Below are positions 44,408-58,300 of a stretch of DNA of 64,000 nt, in pieces; the first letter of the stretch is position 1, and the number at the start of each line of letters is the position of its first letter. Source of the DNA: Isurus oxyrinchus (taxonomy: Eukaryota). The position numbers and the translations under genes are program-made. The stretch covers positions 2,666,001 to 2,730,000 of the forward strand of contig JANJGN010000052.1 in assembly GCA_026770705.1 (NCBI GenBank), read 5' to 3'. The notes under the pieces are model-generated. The model did no database searches and was not told where the DNA came from. It was given only the letters and a program-made list of their open reading frames with translations.

Positions 44408-47400
44408 ATTGCCCAGTTAGTACGAGGGTCCGCTCCGATGAAACAGATGGATATCTCACTCTGCAGCTGAGATTGTGTCCGTGGTGTTTGAGTGATGGGA
44501 TCAGGGTCAGAACAGAAGTATAGGTCAGAGTGACACCATGCTGAGTTACAGTGTTTGAGACTGATCCAGGTACGTCAGTGGGAGTGTCCCAGGTTAAGAC
44601 AGGTGCTGCTGTTCCATTGCACGTTGTGTTGAAGGTGCAGCTTACATCCACACGCTTTCCTGCAATAATTTCAGCAGGGAATATCGTGGGTTTATCTGTG
44701 AAATCTAACAGACAGAGAATGGATCCTTTTAGAGAAATATAACGTGAAGCATCAGTTCAAATAGAAACCACAGTCCCACAAGAGAAAGCACTTTTACAAG
44801 GATGATATCAGAACTGAGAGGTTACAATGATCAGGAAAGATTTTCTTGCTCTTTGGCAGTAGTGTTTCTGTCTCTCAGCTTAATACACGTTCACTCCGAG
44901 ACATGTGAATTGAGAACACTGGATGAGAGAAGAGGCTCAGACCAGAGATTGGAGTTAAAAGCAGACTACTGCGGATGCTGGAAATCTGAAACCAAAATAA
45001 AAATTGCTGGAAAGACTCAGCAGGTCTGACAGTATCAGTGGAGAGGAAGACAGGGTTAACGTTTCGAGTCCGTATGACTCTTCATCAGACCAGAGGTTTG
45101 AGTTCACTGGCTTCTCATTTCCTCAGCGATCTGGGTGATTTATTACATTGTGTTTGTTGGATCTTGCTGTGCACAAACTGCCTGCTGTGTTTAACATCTG
45201 TGACCACAATTCAGGAATAATTTCATTGGCTGTGAAGGGATTTGGATCCTCCTGAGGTGGTAAATTGCGCTGCAGAAATGCACATCTTTCTTTTATCGAT
45301 ACGTCAGACTTTTAAACAGGACAGGAGAGATTGATGGGTGTGGATAACCTGATAATACAGTTCATGCTTTTCATCATTGATATTAAAGTGTGTATTAGAG
45401 GTTGCTTTAGGACTGAACTGGAAGCTATCACCAGGTTATTGAGAATCAGACAGTGTGTTATAATAAGCTGTGTTTTGTGTTAATATGTAAATGTCACAGT
45501 TTGTGTTATTTCCCATTGAGTGTTGAATGTGAATTGTTGAGGAATTATAACACAGCACGTACCAGAAACGTGAAGCTGGGTTACAGGGTAATAGTTATGG
45601 CTCGGACCATTGTCAAATTCTATTCTGAAAAAATAAGGTCCTGCATCTTCCCGTCTGATGTTGTTTATAATCAGGGAACAGTCGCCATCTTTCAGGTCTC
45701 CAGACAGCCGGGTCCGATGGCGGAACCGTGGTAACTCGTGACTGTGATCCTTGGAGTGAAAGGCTATGGGAGCCCAGGGGATCTGTTCCTCATTATTAAA
45801 CCAGACTCCACCTCGCGGTTGGCTTTCCAAATGTGATGGATAACTGTAATGACATGGAATCTGTACACACGAACCTTCCTGCGCTGTCACCTCTCGGGGA
45901 GTGTCACCTTTCCACTCTTGTGACAGTCCAACTGGGGAGAGAAATATCAATATTTAACTCTGGAAGGTTTGTAGATCCACTAGACTCGATATCCACTCCC
46001 TCCATCACTGGGGCACAGTGGCTGCAGTGTGGACCATCTACAGGACACACAAGGAACTCCTCAAGGTTTCACAATGGATGGAAGAGAATCCTGGACACAG
46101 GAGTGGACAAGTTCATTCTACATTGGCTCATGGTCCTCAGGACCCTGTTTAGTGAAGCCAGTGAGACAGTGTCACTGTGCCTTGTATTATAATGCTCCTG
46201 TATAGCCCCTTGGATTGTTTTTTTTTACAGTTAAGGCGCTATGTAAATATAATCTATTGCTCTCTGCTCATCTGGACCATTTGGATTCTTCATTTCAAGC
46301 GGCCTGGTGACAGCTTCATGTTCAGTCCAAATGCAGCCTCTAATTATCACTTTAATGTCAATGATTAAATGTGACCCAACACTGTGTCTACAAGACACAC
46401 CAACTGAGATCCATTCAGTGCTGATTTACAAGACAGGACAATGGATTAGGAGCCCTCAGAACTCCCCCCATTATCACCGTCATGAATCACTAATTAGCCT
46501 AACATTCCTGTCTGCTCTTCAACACAGCTGATTGGTTAATCTGGTTCAATATGATTGGTGCACTTTAGACCTTCATTGTCTGAGGAATCTCTTTGGATCC
46601 TCATTGTTTCAGGAATCTCTTTGGATCCTCATTGTCTAAGGAATCTCTATGGATCCTCATTGTCTAATGGATTATTTCTGATCCAAACCCCATATTGTTG
46701 TATTGTTGATTCCGATGCAGCATTGTAGACTGACTTGTCCCCAAGCTCAGCACTGACCCTACTCCAGCAGACACTGTGAAACACACTAACAAAGCGCCTC
46801 TCGCCTGAGCTCTGCATGTGTCAAGAGCAAAGACAAATATACAAACTGAATATTGACCCCTTTACACACAGACAGCTTTACCTTCCTTCTCTCTTTCAGT
46901 TATCTTGCTCCCTTATTGAAGTATCTAGCAAGGTGAGAATGGACAGGAAGTGTGACACTGAACAGCCTGTCTATTCTAGGAGCTGCTGTGTTGTCTTCAT
47001 GGGAAATTCTGACAAAATCAGCAAAAGATACAAAATTAGGATATTGCTATCAGGCACCTAACATAAGGAGAGACTTCATCCTCCAGCTTTTATCCCTGAT
47101 TTTCTACTCAACCTTTTACCACCCTTCCCCCCATCCACACTGACTTCCATAGGCTCCCAGTCAAGCAGTGCCTCCATTTTAAGATTCTCATGCTCAATTC
47201 CCAATCCCCCCAACCCCCTCTCCAGTCCCTACCTCTGTAACCTCATCCAGCCCCTTCACCCCTCTGAGATCTCTGCTCTCCTCCAATTCTGCTGTCAGAC
47301 AGGGAGTCAGTGTATATCAGTGAGCACAGGGGTGATGGGTCAATGGGACTCGGTGTGAGTTTGTACACTGGCTCACTGCTGAATCTGTTCCCAATCACAG

Positions 47401-47507
47401 CTCAATAAGAATGATCTTTTACAAAGACTATTCACCATAAATCTGTCCGAGCTGACGATGATATTACCTTGGAGAAGTGACAGGAGGAAGTAAGATTTCC
47501 CGATCAT
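44408..47507 (-). CDS. Siglec cassette B: L(47468-47507)-V(45563-45931)-C2(44408-44704); nearest TM exon at 36122-36261
   Basis: Open exons of 40, 369 and 297 bp, phase 1; V donor is GTACGT; essential Arg YFFR retained. Confidence 0.8.
44957..45088 (-). mobile_element. Penelope-type end with minimal hammerhead-like core (copy at ~55887-56020)
   Basis: Minus strand CTGATGA-A-GAGTC-atacg-GACTC-GAAAC-GTTA; flanked by imperfect cagaccagag...gagtt duplication; empty site in copy A at ~21718. Confidence 0.6.
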
Positions 47508-48319
47508 TGTCCACTCCCAGATAATTCCTCAGCTTCTAACTCTGATTTTCTGAAAGAGAAAGGAGTTAATGAGACCTCACCTCTTGTCCGACAGCTCTCG
47601 AGAGATTAGAACTGCTTTTAGACAATGTCTTCACGGATCTAATTTGATTCTCTGTGGGATGATAGGTGCTCTGCAGAGAGTTACAAGGCTTTAAGAAAGG
47701 AAAACATTGAAGGACTTGCATTTCTATAGCACCTTTCAACACCTCAGGATATCCCCAAGCTCATGTCCCTTGAGCTAGAAAGATGTTCTGTACAACAGAC
47801 TTGAGTCTCACACCCAGATCTCAATAATCAGTAGAAATCTTTCAAAGGCATCAATCATTGGAATCTGTCTTTATAAAGTCACAACATCAACAAAGGACGG
47901 TGTTGGTCGTGGAAGTGAATTCCAATCGTTCCGTTACTTACCCAGGACCTGTCCGACTGCTCGCCTGGGGAGGAACTGCCCACACGCTCTGCTTGGGCTG
48001 AATGACCTCTTTCTGTGCTGCTCCCTCTGTGTGTTTAATTAGAAATGGTTGATGTGTCACTGTGAGTCAAAATGTGGAAGTGGTCACTTTATGAGAATGC
48101 AACTGATGTTTAGAGTTTTTTGAAGCTGTTAACCCTTTGCGTTCTGGACTTGTGATGATATTTCTGCTCAAAAGTGGAAAGTCATTGACCAGGAATTCTC
48201 CTGTGGGTCATTGGGTTTCAAACCCTCTCTCGCTGTCTGAGTGAGAAGGTCGTCTGTTCGAGATTCATTTGGCAAAATTCAGACTGACAAACCAGACCGG
48301 CAATCGGTGTCAGGACTGA

Positions 48320-48640
48320 GAGTCCTGCACTGTCAGAGGGTCATTCCTGAGGGCATGCTGCACTGTTGGAGGGTCAGTACTGAAGCAGTGCTGCACTGTC
48401 AGAGGATCAGTATTGTGGGAGTGCTGCACTGCCAGAGGGTCAGTACTGAAGCAGTGCTGCACTGTCAGAGGCTCAGTATTGTGGGAGTGCTGCACTGCCA
48501 GAGCTTCAGTACTGAAGCAGTGCTGCACTGTCAGAAGCTCAGTATTGTGGGAGTGCTGCACTGTCAGAGGGTCAGTACTGAGGGAGTGCTGCACTGTTGG
48601 AGAATCAGTACTGAGGGAGTGCTGCACTGTCAGAGGATCA
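48320..48640. repeat. 30-bp minisatellite (copy at 59260-59675)
   Basis: Tandem 30-bp units. Confidence 0.9.
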
Positions 48641-49639
48641 AATTATTTCTGATCCAAACCCCATATTGTTGTATTGTTGATTCCGATGCAACATTGTAGA
48701 CTGACTTGTCCCCAAGCTCAGCACTGACCCTACTCCAGCAGAGACTGTGAAACACACTAACAAAGCGCCTCTCGCCTGAGCTCTGCATGTGTCGGAGGTG
48801 CCACTGTGGTGGGTTCATGACCTTCACCATCCGCTTCACTGAGTTTCGGTTAAAACTGAACTGGAACACACACTAAACGCTGATGGAAACCATCACTTCC
48901 TCTTCTCCAACATGAAGAGTTTCAGCAGAAGAGGTAAACTGTTGCTGAAAAGGAACTTTCTTCATCATATCACAGAATCACACAGAATAGCAGGAGGCCA
49001 TTCATGCCATCTTGGCTGTGCTAGCTCTTTAAAAGAAGCACACAATTGGTTTCAATCCACCTCTCTTCCCCCATCGTCCTTCAAATTCTTCCTGTTCCAG
49101 ATTGAATCCAAATTCATGAATATAAATCCCCTCAGATGGGAGTAACCATCACTGAGCAGGCAGGTTAGGTTTTATTGTACACAGCGAGTTGCTGTGATCT
49201 GGAAGGTGCTGCCTGAAAGGGCGGTGGAAGCAGATTCAATAGGATCTTTCAAAATACTTGCAGAGTGTGAGAGAATGGGAGATTGGGACCAATTGGATAT
49301 CTGTCCCAGGAGACCAGGACAGGGACAATGGGCTGAGTGGCCTCTTTCTGTGCTGTTTGATTCTGTGGTTTTCTAATATTTATCTGCGCTGCAGATCAGA
49401 GACAAACAGGAAACAATAAACTTCTGACCTTTCCACACAGGCTGAATTGTCATCTCTTTATTTTCAGCCAGTTTGCTTAATTCTTGTGGTTTGGTGGTGA
49501 AACTGTGCAGCAAGTGTGAGTGTTGGGTTGTAGATCTGTCTATTCTGACTGCTGCTGTGCTCATGGTGACTTCTCAATTACATGAGAGTCTCTGAGATCC
49601 TCCACACCCAAGGATTAAGGAGAGACTTCCAAAGATTCA

Positions 49640-51222
49640 GGACGCAGTACTGAAGAGGTGCTGCACTGTCAGAGGGTCAGTACTGAGGGAGTGCTGCACT
49701 GTCAGAGGGTCAGTACTGAGGGAGTGCTGCACTGTCAGAGGGTCAGTACTGAGGGAGTGCTGCACTGTCAGAGGGTCAGTACTGAGGGAGTGCTGCACTG
49801 TCAGAGGGTCAGTACTGAGGGAGTGCTGCACTGTCAGAGGGTCAGTACTGAGGGAGTGCTGCACTGTCAGAGGGTCAGTACTGAGGGAGTGCTGCACTGT
49901 CAGAGGGTCAGTACTGAGGGAGTGCTGCACTGTCAGAGGGTCAGTACTGAGGGAGTGCTGCACTGTTGGAGGGTCAGTACTGAGGGAGTGCTGCACTGTC
50001 AGAGGGTCAGTACTGAGGGAGTGCTGCACTCTCAGAGGGTCAGTACTGAGGGAGTACTGCACTGTCAGAGGGTCAGTACTGAGAGAGTGCTGCACTGTCA
50101 TAGGGTCAGTACTGAGGGAGTGCTGCACTGTCAGAGGGTCAGTACTGAGGGAGTGCTGCACTGTCGGAGGGTCAGTACTGAGAGAGTGCTGCCTGTCAGA
50201 GGGTCAGTACTGAGGGAGTGCTGCACTGTCAGAGGGTCAGTACTGAGGGAGTGCTGCACTGTCAGAGGGTCAGTACTGAGGGAGTACTGCACTGTCAGAG
50301 AGTCAGTACTGAAGCAATGCTGCACTGTCAGAGGGTCAGTACTGAAGAGGGACCCTGAGAATGTGAAAGGTGTGATATCAATGTAGGTTCCATCACCACA
50401 AAGCACTTAATTCAGGCAGACACTTCAGTTCAGTACTGAGGGAGTGCTGTATTGTTGGAGGGTCAGTACTGATGGAGTGCTGCACTGTTGGAGGGTCAGT
50501 ACTGAGGTAGTGCTGCACTGTGGGAGGGTCAGTACTGAGGGAGAGCTGCCCTCTTGGCGCGTGAGTACTGATGACCTGCTGCACTGTTGGAGGGCAGGTA
50601 CTGTGAAAGCTGCACTGCCGCATAGTCAGTACTGAGCAAGTACTTCACTGTCAGAGAATCAGTACTGAGGGAGTGCTGAACTGTTGGAGGATCAGTACTG
50701 AGGGAGTGCTGCACTGTTGGAGGATCAGGACTGAGGGAGTGGTGCACTGTCGGAGGGTCAGTACTGATGGACTGCTGCACTGTTGGAAGATCAGTACTGA
50801 GGGAGTGCTGCACTGTCGGAGGGTCAGTACTGATGGAGTGGTGCACTGTCAGAGGGTCAGTACTGAGGGAGTGCTGCACTGTTGGAGGGTCAGTACTGAG
50901 GGAGTGCTGCACTGTTGGAGGGTCAGTACTAGGGGAGTGTTGCACTGTTGGAGGGCCAGTACTGGAAGAGTGCTGCACTCTCGGAGGGTCAGTACTTAGG
51001 GAATGCTGCACTGTCGGAGGGTCAGTACTGAGGGAGTGCTGCACTGTCGGAGGGTCAGTAATTAGGGAGTTCTGCACTGTTGGAGGGTCAGTACTGAGGG
51101 AGTGCTGCACTGTTAGAGGGTCAATACTTAGGGAATGCTGCACTGCCAGAGGGTCAGTACTGAGGGAGTGCTGCACTGTTGGAGGGTCAGTAATTAGGGA
51201 GATCTGCACTGTCGGAGGGTGA
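49640..51222. repeat. 30-bp minisatellite arrays at the segmental duplication junction
   Basis: Highly homogeneous units at 49660-50345; more diverged units at 50430-51222. Confidence 0.95.
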
Positions 51223-54200
51223 TAAGACCATAAGACCACCGGACGTCAGAGCAGAAGGAGGCCATTCGGCCAATCAACTCTGCTCCGCCATTCAATGACA
51301 CCATGGCTGATCTGACAATCCTCAACTCCACTTTCCTGCCTTTTCCCCATAGCCTTTGATTCCCTGACTGATTAAAAAACTGTGTATCTCAGCCTTGAAT
51401 ATAATTAATGACCCAGCCTCTGCAGCTCTCTGTAGTAAATAATTCCACACATTCACTACCCTCTGAGGGAAGAAACTCCTCATCTCTGTCTTAAATGGGT
51501 GACCCCTTACTCTGAGATTATGCCCTCTGGTCCTAGACTCTCCCACAAGGGGAAACAACCTCTCAGCATCTACCCTGTCAAGCACCCTAAGAATCTTATA
51601 TGTTTCAATAAGGTCAGCTCTCATTCTCCTAAACTCCAATGAGTACAGGCCCATCCTACTCAACATCTCCTCATATGAAAATCCCTCCATTACTGGGATC
51701 AACCTAGTGAACCTTCTCTGGACTGCCTCCAATGCCAGTACATCTTTCCTTAGATAAGGGAACCAAAACTGCTCACAGTATTCTAGGTGTGGTCTAACTA
51801 GTGCCTTGTATAGTTTTAGCAAGACTTCCCTATTTTTATACTCCATTCCCTTTGAAATAAAGGCCAACATTCCACCTGTCTTCCCTAATAACTGTTGAAC
51901 TTGTATGTTATCTTTCTGATGACCCCCAAATTCCAATATGCTTCAGCTTTCCAATGTCTTTCTCCATTGAAATAATATTCAGCTCCTCTATACATCCTGC
52001 CACAGTGCAGCAGCTCACATTTTCCCACAATCTATTTCATCTGCCAAGTTGATGCCCACTCACTGAACCTGTCTATGTCCCTCTGTAGACTCTTCGTGTC
52101 ACCCTCACCACTTGCCTTCCCATCTATTTTTGTGTCATCCACAAACTTGGCGATAGTACATTAATTTCCCTCATCCAAGTCATTAATATATATTGTAAAT
52201 AATTGTGGCCCCAGCACTGATCCCTGTGGCAATCCACAGGTTGCCATCCTGAAAATGCCCCCCTTATCCCAACTCTCTGACTTCTATTAGTTAGCCGATC
52301 CTCTATCCATGCTAATATACTGCCCGCATCACCATGGGCTCTTATCTTATTAAGTAGCCTTATATGTGGTACTTTACTGAATGCCTTTTGGAAATCCAAA
52401 TATATTACATCTACTGGTTCCCCTTTATCTATCCTGTTTGTTACCTCCTCAAAGAATTCTAATAAATTTGTCATGCATGATTTCCCCTTCATGAAGCCTG
52501 TGTTTGTTTAAATTATGCATTTCTAAATAGTCTGCTATTACATCCTTTATAATGGACTCTAACATGTTCCCAATGACAGATGTTAAGCTAACTGGCCTAT
52601 AGTTACCTGTTTGTTGTCTCCCTCCCTTTTTGAATATGGGTGTTACTTTGGCAGATTTCCAATCCTCTGGGAGTTTCCCAGAATCTAAGGATTCTTGGAA
52701 GATTAAAACCAGTACATCCACTATCTCTGCATCTACTTCCTTTAATATCCTAAGATGCAACCTATCAGGCCCAGGGGACCTATCAGCCTTGAGACCCATT
52801 AGTTTCGCTAGCGTTATTCTCTAGTGATAGTTATTGTATTTATTTCCTCTCCCCACCCCCCTTTTGCCCCTTGATTATTTAGTATTTTTGGAATGCTATT
52901 AGTGTGTTCTACCGTGAAGACTGATGCAAAGTATTTATTCAACTCCTCTGTCATTTTCTGGTTCCCCATTATTATTTCCCCAGCCTAGTTCTCTAAGGGG
53001 CCTATGAACACTTTGGTCTCTCTCTTCCTTTTTATATATTTAAAGAAGCTTTTATTGTCCTTTTTTATATCAATTACTAGTTTACCTAGTTATCTCCCTC
53101 TTTATTTATTTTTTGGTCATCTTCTGTTGGTTTTTAAAACTCTCTCAATCCTCTGGCTTACCACTAATCTTTGTCGTGCTGCATGTTTTTTCTTTCAATT
53201 TGACACACACCTTAACTTCTTTGGGTAACCCAGGTTGGTTTATTCTCTTCCTACAATCCTTCTTCCTCACTGGGATATATCTTTGTTGTGAGTCATGAGC
53301 TATTTTCTTAAACATCTGCTATTGTTCATCCACCATCTTTTCTGCTAAACCCCTTTCCCAGTCCACTCCAGACAACCCTGTCCTTATTCCTTTGTAATTA
53401 CACTTATTTAAGTCCAGCACAGTTGTTTCCGACCCACGTTTCTCAGTCTCAGAGGGAATGCTAAATTCTACCAGGTTATGGTCACTGTTTTCCAGGGGAT
53501 CATTTATTCTGAGATCATGTATGAAACCTGCCTCATTACACATTACCAGATCCAAAATAGCCTGATCCCTGGTTAGATCCACGACATATTATTCCAGGAA
53601 ACTGTCTTGAATACACTCTATGAATTCTTGCTCATGGCTACCTCTGCCAATTGGGTTTTCCCAATCTACATGAAGATTAATGTACTGCCTTTTTTACATG
53701 CCCTCATTATCTCATGATTTATTCTCTGTCCTACAGTCATGGGGCTGATAGACCACTCCCACCAGTTCCTTGTTCGCCTTGTTATTCATTACCTCGAGCC
53801 ATATGGATTCTATACCCTCCGATCCAAGATCATTTCTTGCTTTTGTACTTATTCCATCTCCTATTAACAAAGCTACCCCACCACCTTTCCTTCCTGCCTG
53901 TCTTTTTGAAAAGTCACATACCCCTGAATATTTATTTCAAAGCTTTGATCTCCTTGTAACCATGTCTCCATAATGGCTATAAGATCAAACCCATTAACCT
54001 CTATTTGTGCCTTTAATTCATTTATGTTGTTCCAAATACTATGTGCATTTAAGTCAAGAGCCATTAATTTTGTATTTTTATCATTTTCCTCCCTCTGACA
54101 CTATTTGCTGATGTATTTTAATGTTTGGACACTGTGTACCCACCTGTCACACACTAGGTATCATCACCAAAACAGCTATCCTGCAATGCTGACAAATCCT

Positions 54201-54260
54201 TTTGCTTTGTAAGCCTACATATACCCTCTCCAGAACACTCTCCCCATCTATTTAGTTTAA
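51223..54260 (-). mobile_element. CR1 LINE ORF2 with 3' tail (duplicate of 40004-42900)
   Basis: Same APE/RT motifs and shared frameshifts; tail repeat (taagacca)2 near 51223-51238. Confidence 0.92.
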
Positions 54261-55125
54261 AGGCAATACTGAGGGAGAGCAGCACTGTCAAAGGGTCATT
54301 ACTGAGGGAGTGTTGCACAGTTGGAAGCTCTGGAACAAGGGACTGCAGCATTATCTGAGGGTCAGTCGGGAGGGAGGTATTCAATGTTGGATTGTAAGTT
54401 CTGAGGGAGCGCTGCAGAGTTGGAGGTTCAGTAGTGAAGGAGTGCTGCACTGTCAGAGGGTCAGTACTGAGGGAGTGCTGCACTGTCAGAGGATCAGTAC
54501 TGAGGGAGTGCTGCACTGTTGGAGGGTCAGTACTGTGGGAGTGCTGCACTGATGGAGGATCAGTACGGAGAGATTTCTAAACTGTTGGAAGATCAGTACT
54601 GAGGGAGTGCTGCACTGTCAGAGGGTCAGTAGTGAGGGAGTGCTGCACTGTCAGAGGCTCAGTACTGAGACAGTGTTGCACTATCAGAGGGACAGGACTG
54701 AGGGAGTGCTGCACTGTCAGAGGGACAGGACTGAGGGAGTGCTGCACTGTTAGAGGGTCAGTACTGAGGGAGTGCTGCACTGTCAGAGGGTCAGTACTGA
54801 GGGAGTGCTGCACTGTCAGAGGGTCAGTACTGAGGGAGTGCTGCCCTGTCAGAGGGTGAGTACTGAGGGAGTGCTGCACTGTCAGAGGGTAAGTACTGAG
54901 GGAGTGCTGCCCTGCCAGAGGGTCAGTACTGAGTGAGTGCTGCACTGTCGGAGGGTGAGTACTGAGGGAGTGCTGCACTGTCAGAGGGTCAGTACTGAGT
55001 GAGTGCTGCCCTGTCAGAGGGTCAGTACAGAGGGTGTGCCGCACTGTCAGAGGGTCAGTACTGAGGGAGTGCTGCACTGTCAGAGGGTCAGTACTGAGTG
55101 AGTGCTGCACTGTCAGGGCGTGAGT
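54260..55125. repeat. 30-bp minisatellite
   Basis: Tandem units. Confidence 0.95.
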
Positions 55126-55338
55126 ACATTGCGATTCCTGCTCTGCTCTATCGGTCTCTTGGCTGGAAATAAAAGCCGCTGTGTTACTGTTCAGAAACTG
55201 TTATTAATTGTGTTCTGGTCACTATTTTCCCTGAAAAACAGATTCTCTGATTGTCACCAAAATACCTTTCTATGGAATCCTGCTGTGCATTATCTACACT
55301 GTTCTAGCTAATGTAGAATGAAGGGTGTCTATACTTAC

Positions 55339-58300
55339 ATTGCACAGTTAGTACAAGGGTCCGCTCCGATGAAACAGATGGATATCTCACTCTGCAGCTG
55401 AGAGTGTGTCCGTGGTGTTTGAGTGATGGGGTCAGGGTCAGAACAGAAGTATAGGTCAGAGTGACACCATGCTGAGTTACAGTGTTTGAGACTGATCCAG
55501 GTACGTCAGTGGGAGTGTCCCAGGTTAAGACAGGTGCTGCTGTTCCATTGCACGTTGTGTTGAAGGTGCAGCTTACATCCACACGCTTTCCTGCAATAAT
55601 TTCAGCAGGGAATATCGTGGGTTTATCTGTGAAATCTAACAGACAGAGAATGGATCCTTTTAGAGAAATATAACGTGAAGCATCAGTTCAAATAGAAATC
55701 ACAGTCCCACACGAGAAAGCATTTTTACAAGGATGATATCAGAACTGAGAGGTTACAATGATCAGGAAAGATTTTCTTGCTCTTTGGCAGTAGTGTTTCT
55801 GTCTCTCAGCTTAACACACGTTCACTCCGAGACATGTGAATTGAGAACACTGGATGAGAGAAGAGGCTCAGACCAGAGATTGGAGTTAAAAGCAGAATAC
55901 TGCGGATGCTGGAAATCTGAAACCAAAACAAAAATTGCTGGAAAGACTCAGCAGGTCTGACAGTATCAGTGGAGAGGAAGACCAGGGTTAACGTTTCGAG
56001 TCCGTATGACTCTTCATCAGACCAGAGGTTTGAGTTCACTGGCTTCTCATTTCCTCAGTGATCTGGGTGATTTATCACCTTGTGGTTTGTTGGATCTTGC
56101 TGTGCACAAACTGCCTGCTGTGTTTTACATCTGTGACTACAATTCAGGAATAATTTCATTGGCTGTGAAGGGATTTGGATCCTCCTGAGGTGGTAAATTG
56201 CGCTGCAGAAATGCACATCTTTCTTTTATCGATAAGTCAGACTTTTAAACAGGACAGGAGAGATTGATGGGAGTGGATAACCTGATAATACAGTTAATGC
56301 TTTTAATCATTGATATTAAAGTGAGTATTAGAGGTTGCTTTAGGACAGAACTGGAAGCTATCACCAGGTTATTGAGAATCAGACAGTGTGTTATAATAAG
56401 CTGTGTTTTGTGTTAATATGTAAACATCACAGTTTGTGTTATTTCCCATTGAGTGTTGAATGTGAATTGTTGAGTAATTATAATACAGCACTTACCAGAA
56501 ACCTGAAGCTGGGTTACAGGGTAATAGTTTTGGCTCGGACCATTGTCAAATTCTATCCTGAAAAAATAATGTCCCGCATCTTCCCGTCTGATGTTGTTTA
56601 TAATCAGGGAACAGTCGCCATCTTTCAGGTCTCCAGACAGCCAGGTCCGATGGTGGAACCGTGGTAACTCGTGACTGTGATCCTTGGAGTGAAAGGCTAT
56701 GGGAGCCCAGGGAATCTGTTTCTCATTATTAAACCAGACTCCACCTCGCGGTTGGTTTTCCAAATGTGATGGATAACTGTAATGACATGGAATCTGTACA
56801 CACGAACCTTCCTGCGCTGTCACCTCTCGTGGAGTGTCACCTTTCCACTCTTGTGACAGTCCAACTGGGGAGAGAAATATCAATATTTAACTCTGGATGG
56901 TTTGTGGATCCACTAGACCCGATATCCACTCCCTCCATCACTGGGGCACAGTGGCTGCAGTGTGGAACTTCTACAGGACACACAAGGAACTCCCCAAGGT
57001 TTCACAATGGATAGAAGAGAATCCTGGACACAGGAGTGGACAAGTTCATTCTACATTGGCTCATGGTCCTCAGGACCCTGTTTAGTGAAGCCAGTGAGAC
57101 AGTGTCACTGTGCCTTGTATTATAATGCTCCTGTGTAGCCCCTTGGATTGTTTTTTTTTACAGTTAAGGCACTATGTAAATATAATCTATTGCTCTATGC
57201 TCATCTGGACCATTTGAATTCTTAAGTTCAAGTGGCCTGGTGACAGCTTCATGTTCAGTCCAAATGCAGCCTCTAATTATCACTTTAATGTCAATGATTA
57301 AATGTGACCCAACACAGTGTCTACAAGACACACCAACTGAGATCCATTCAGTGCTGATTTACAAGACAGGACAATGGATTAGGAGCCCTCAGAACTCCCC
57401 CCATTATCACCGTCATGAATCACTAATTAGCCTAACATTCCTGTCTGCTCTTCAACACAGCTGATTGGCTAATCTGATTCAATCTGATTGGTGCACTTTG
57501 TATCTTCATTGTCTGAGGAATCTCTTTGGATCCTCATTGTCGAAGGAATCTCTTTGGATCCTCATTGTTTAAGGAATCTCGTTGGATCCTCATTGTCTAA
57601 GGGATTATTTCTGATCCAAACCCCATATTGTTGTATTGTTGATTCCGATGCAGCATTGTAGACTGACTTGTCCCCAAGCTCAGCACTGACCCTACTCCAG
57701 CAGACACTGTGAAACACACTAACAAAGCGCCTCTAGCCTGAGCTCTGCATGTGTCGAGAGAAAGACAAATATACAAACTGAATATTGACCCCTTTACACA
57801 CAGACAGCTTTACCTTCCCTCTCTCTTTCAGTTATCTTGCTCCCTTATTGAAGTATCTAGCAAGGTGAGAATGGACAGGAAGTGTGACACTGAACAACCT
57901 GTCTATTCTAGGAGCTGCTGTGTTGTCTTCATGGGAAATTCTGAATAAAATCAGCAAAAGACACATTTCAGGATATTGCTATCAGACACCTAACATAGGG
58001 AGAGACTTCATCCTCCAGTTTTTATCCCTGATTTTCTACTCAACCTTTTACCACCCTTCCCCCCATCCACACTGACTTACATAGGCTCCCAGTCAAGCAG
58101 TGCCTCCATTTTAAGATTCTCATGCTCAATTCCCAATCCCCCCAACCCCCTCTCCAGTCCCGACCTCTGTAACCTCATCCAGCCCCTTCATCCCTCTGAG
58201 ATCTCTGCTCTCCTCCAATTCTGCTGTCAGACAGGGAGTCAGTGTATATCAGTGAGCACAGGGGTGATGGGTGAATGGGACTTGGTGTGAGTTTGTACAC

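Noticed and set aside
49640-50345. CRISPR-like regular 30-bp repeats
   Set aside because: No unique spacers, eukaryotic context, no cas genes
40004-54260. Active CR1 elements or two independent insertions
   Set aside because: Multiple shared frameshifts and stops show one decayed copy duplicated with the segment
22213-56864. Rearranging Ig/TCR/IgNAR V segments
   Set aside because: The V exons include their own G strand and splice donor, lack the F-strand YYC and show no RSS; the cysteine pattern and YFFR are Siglec-type
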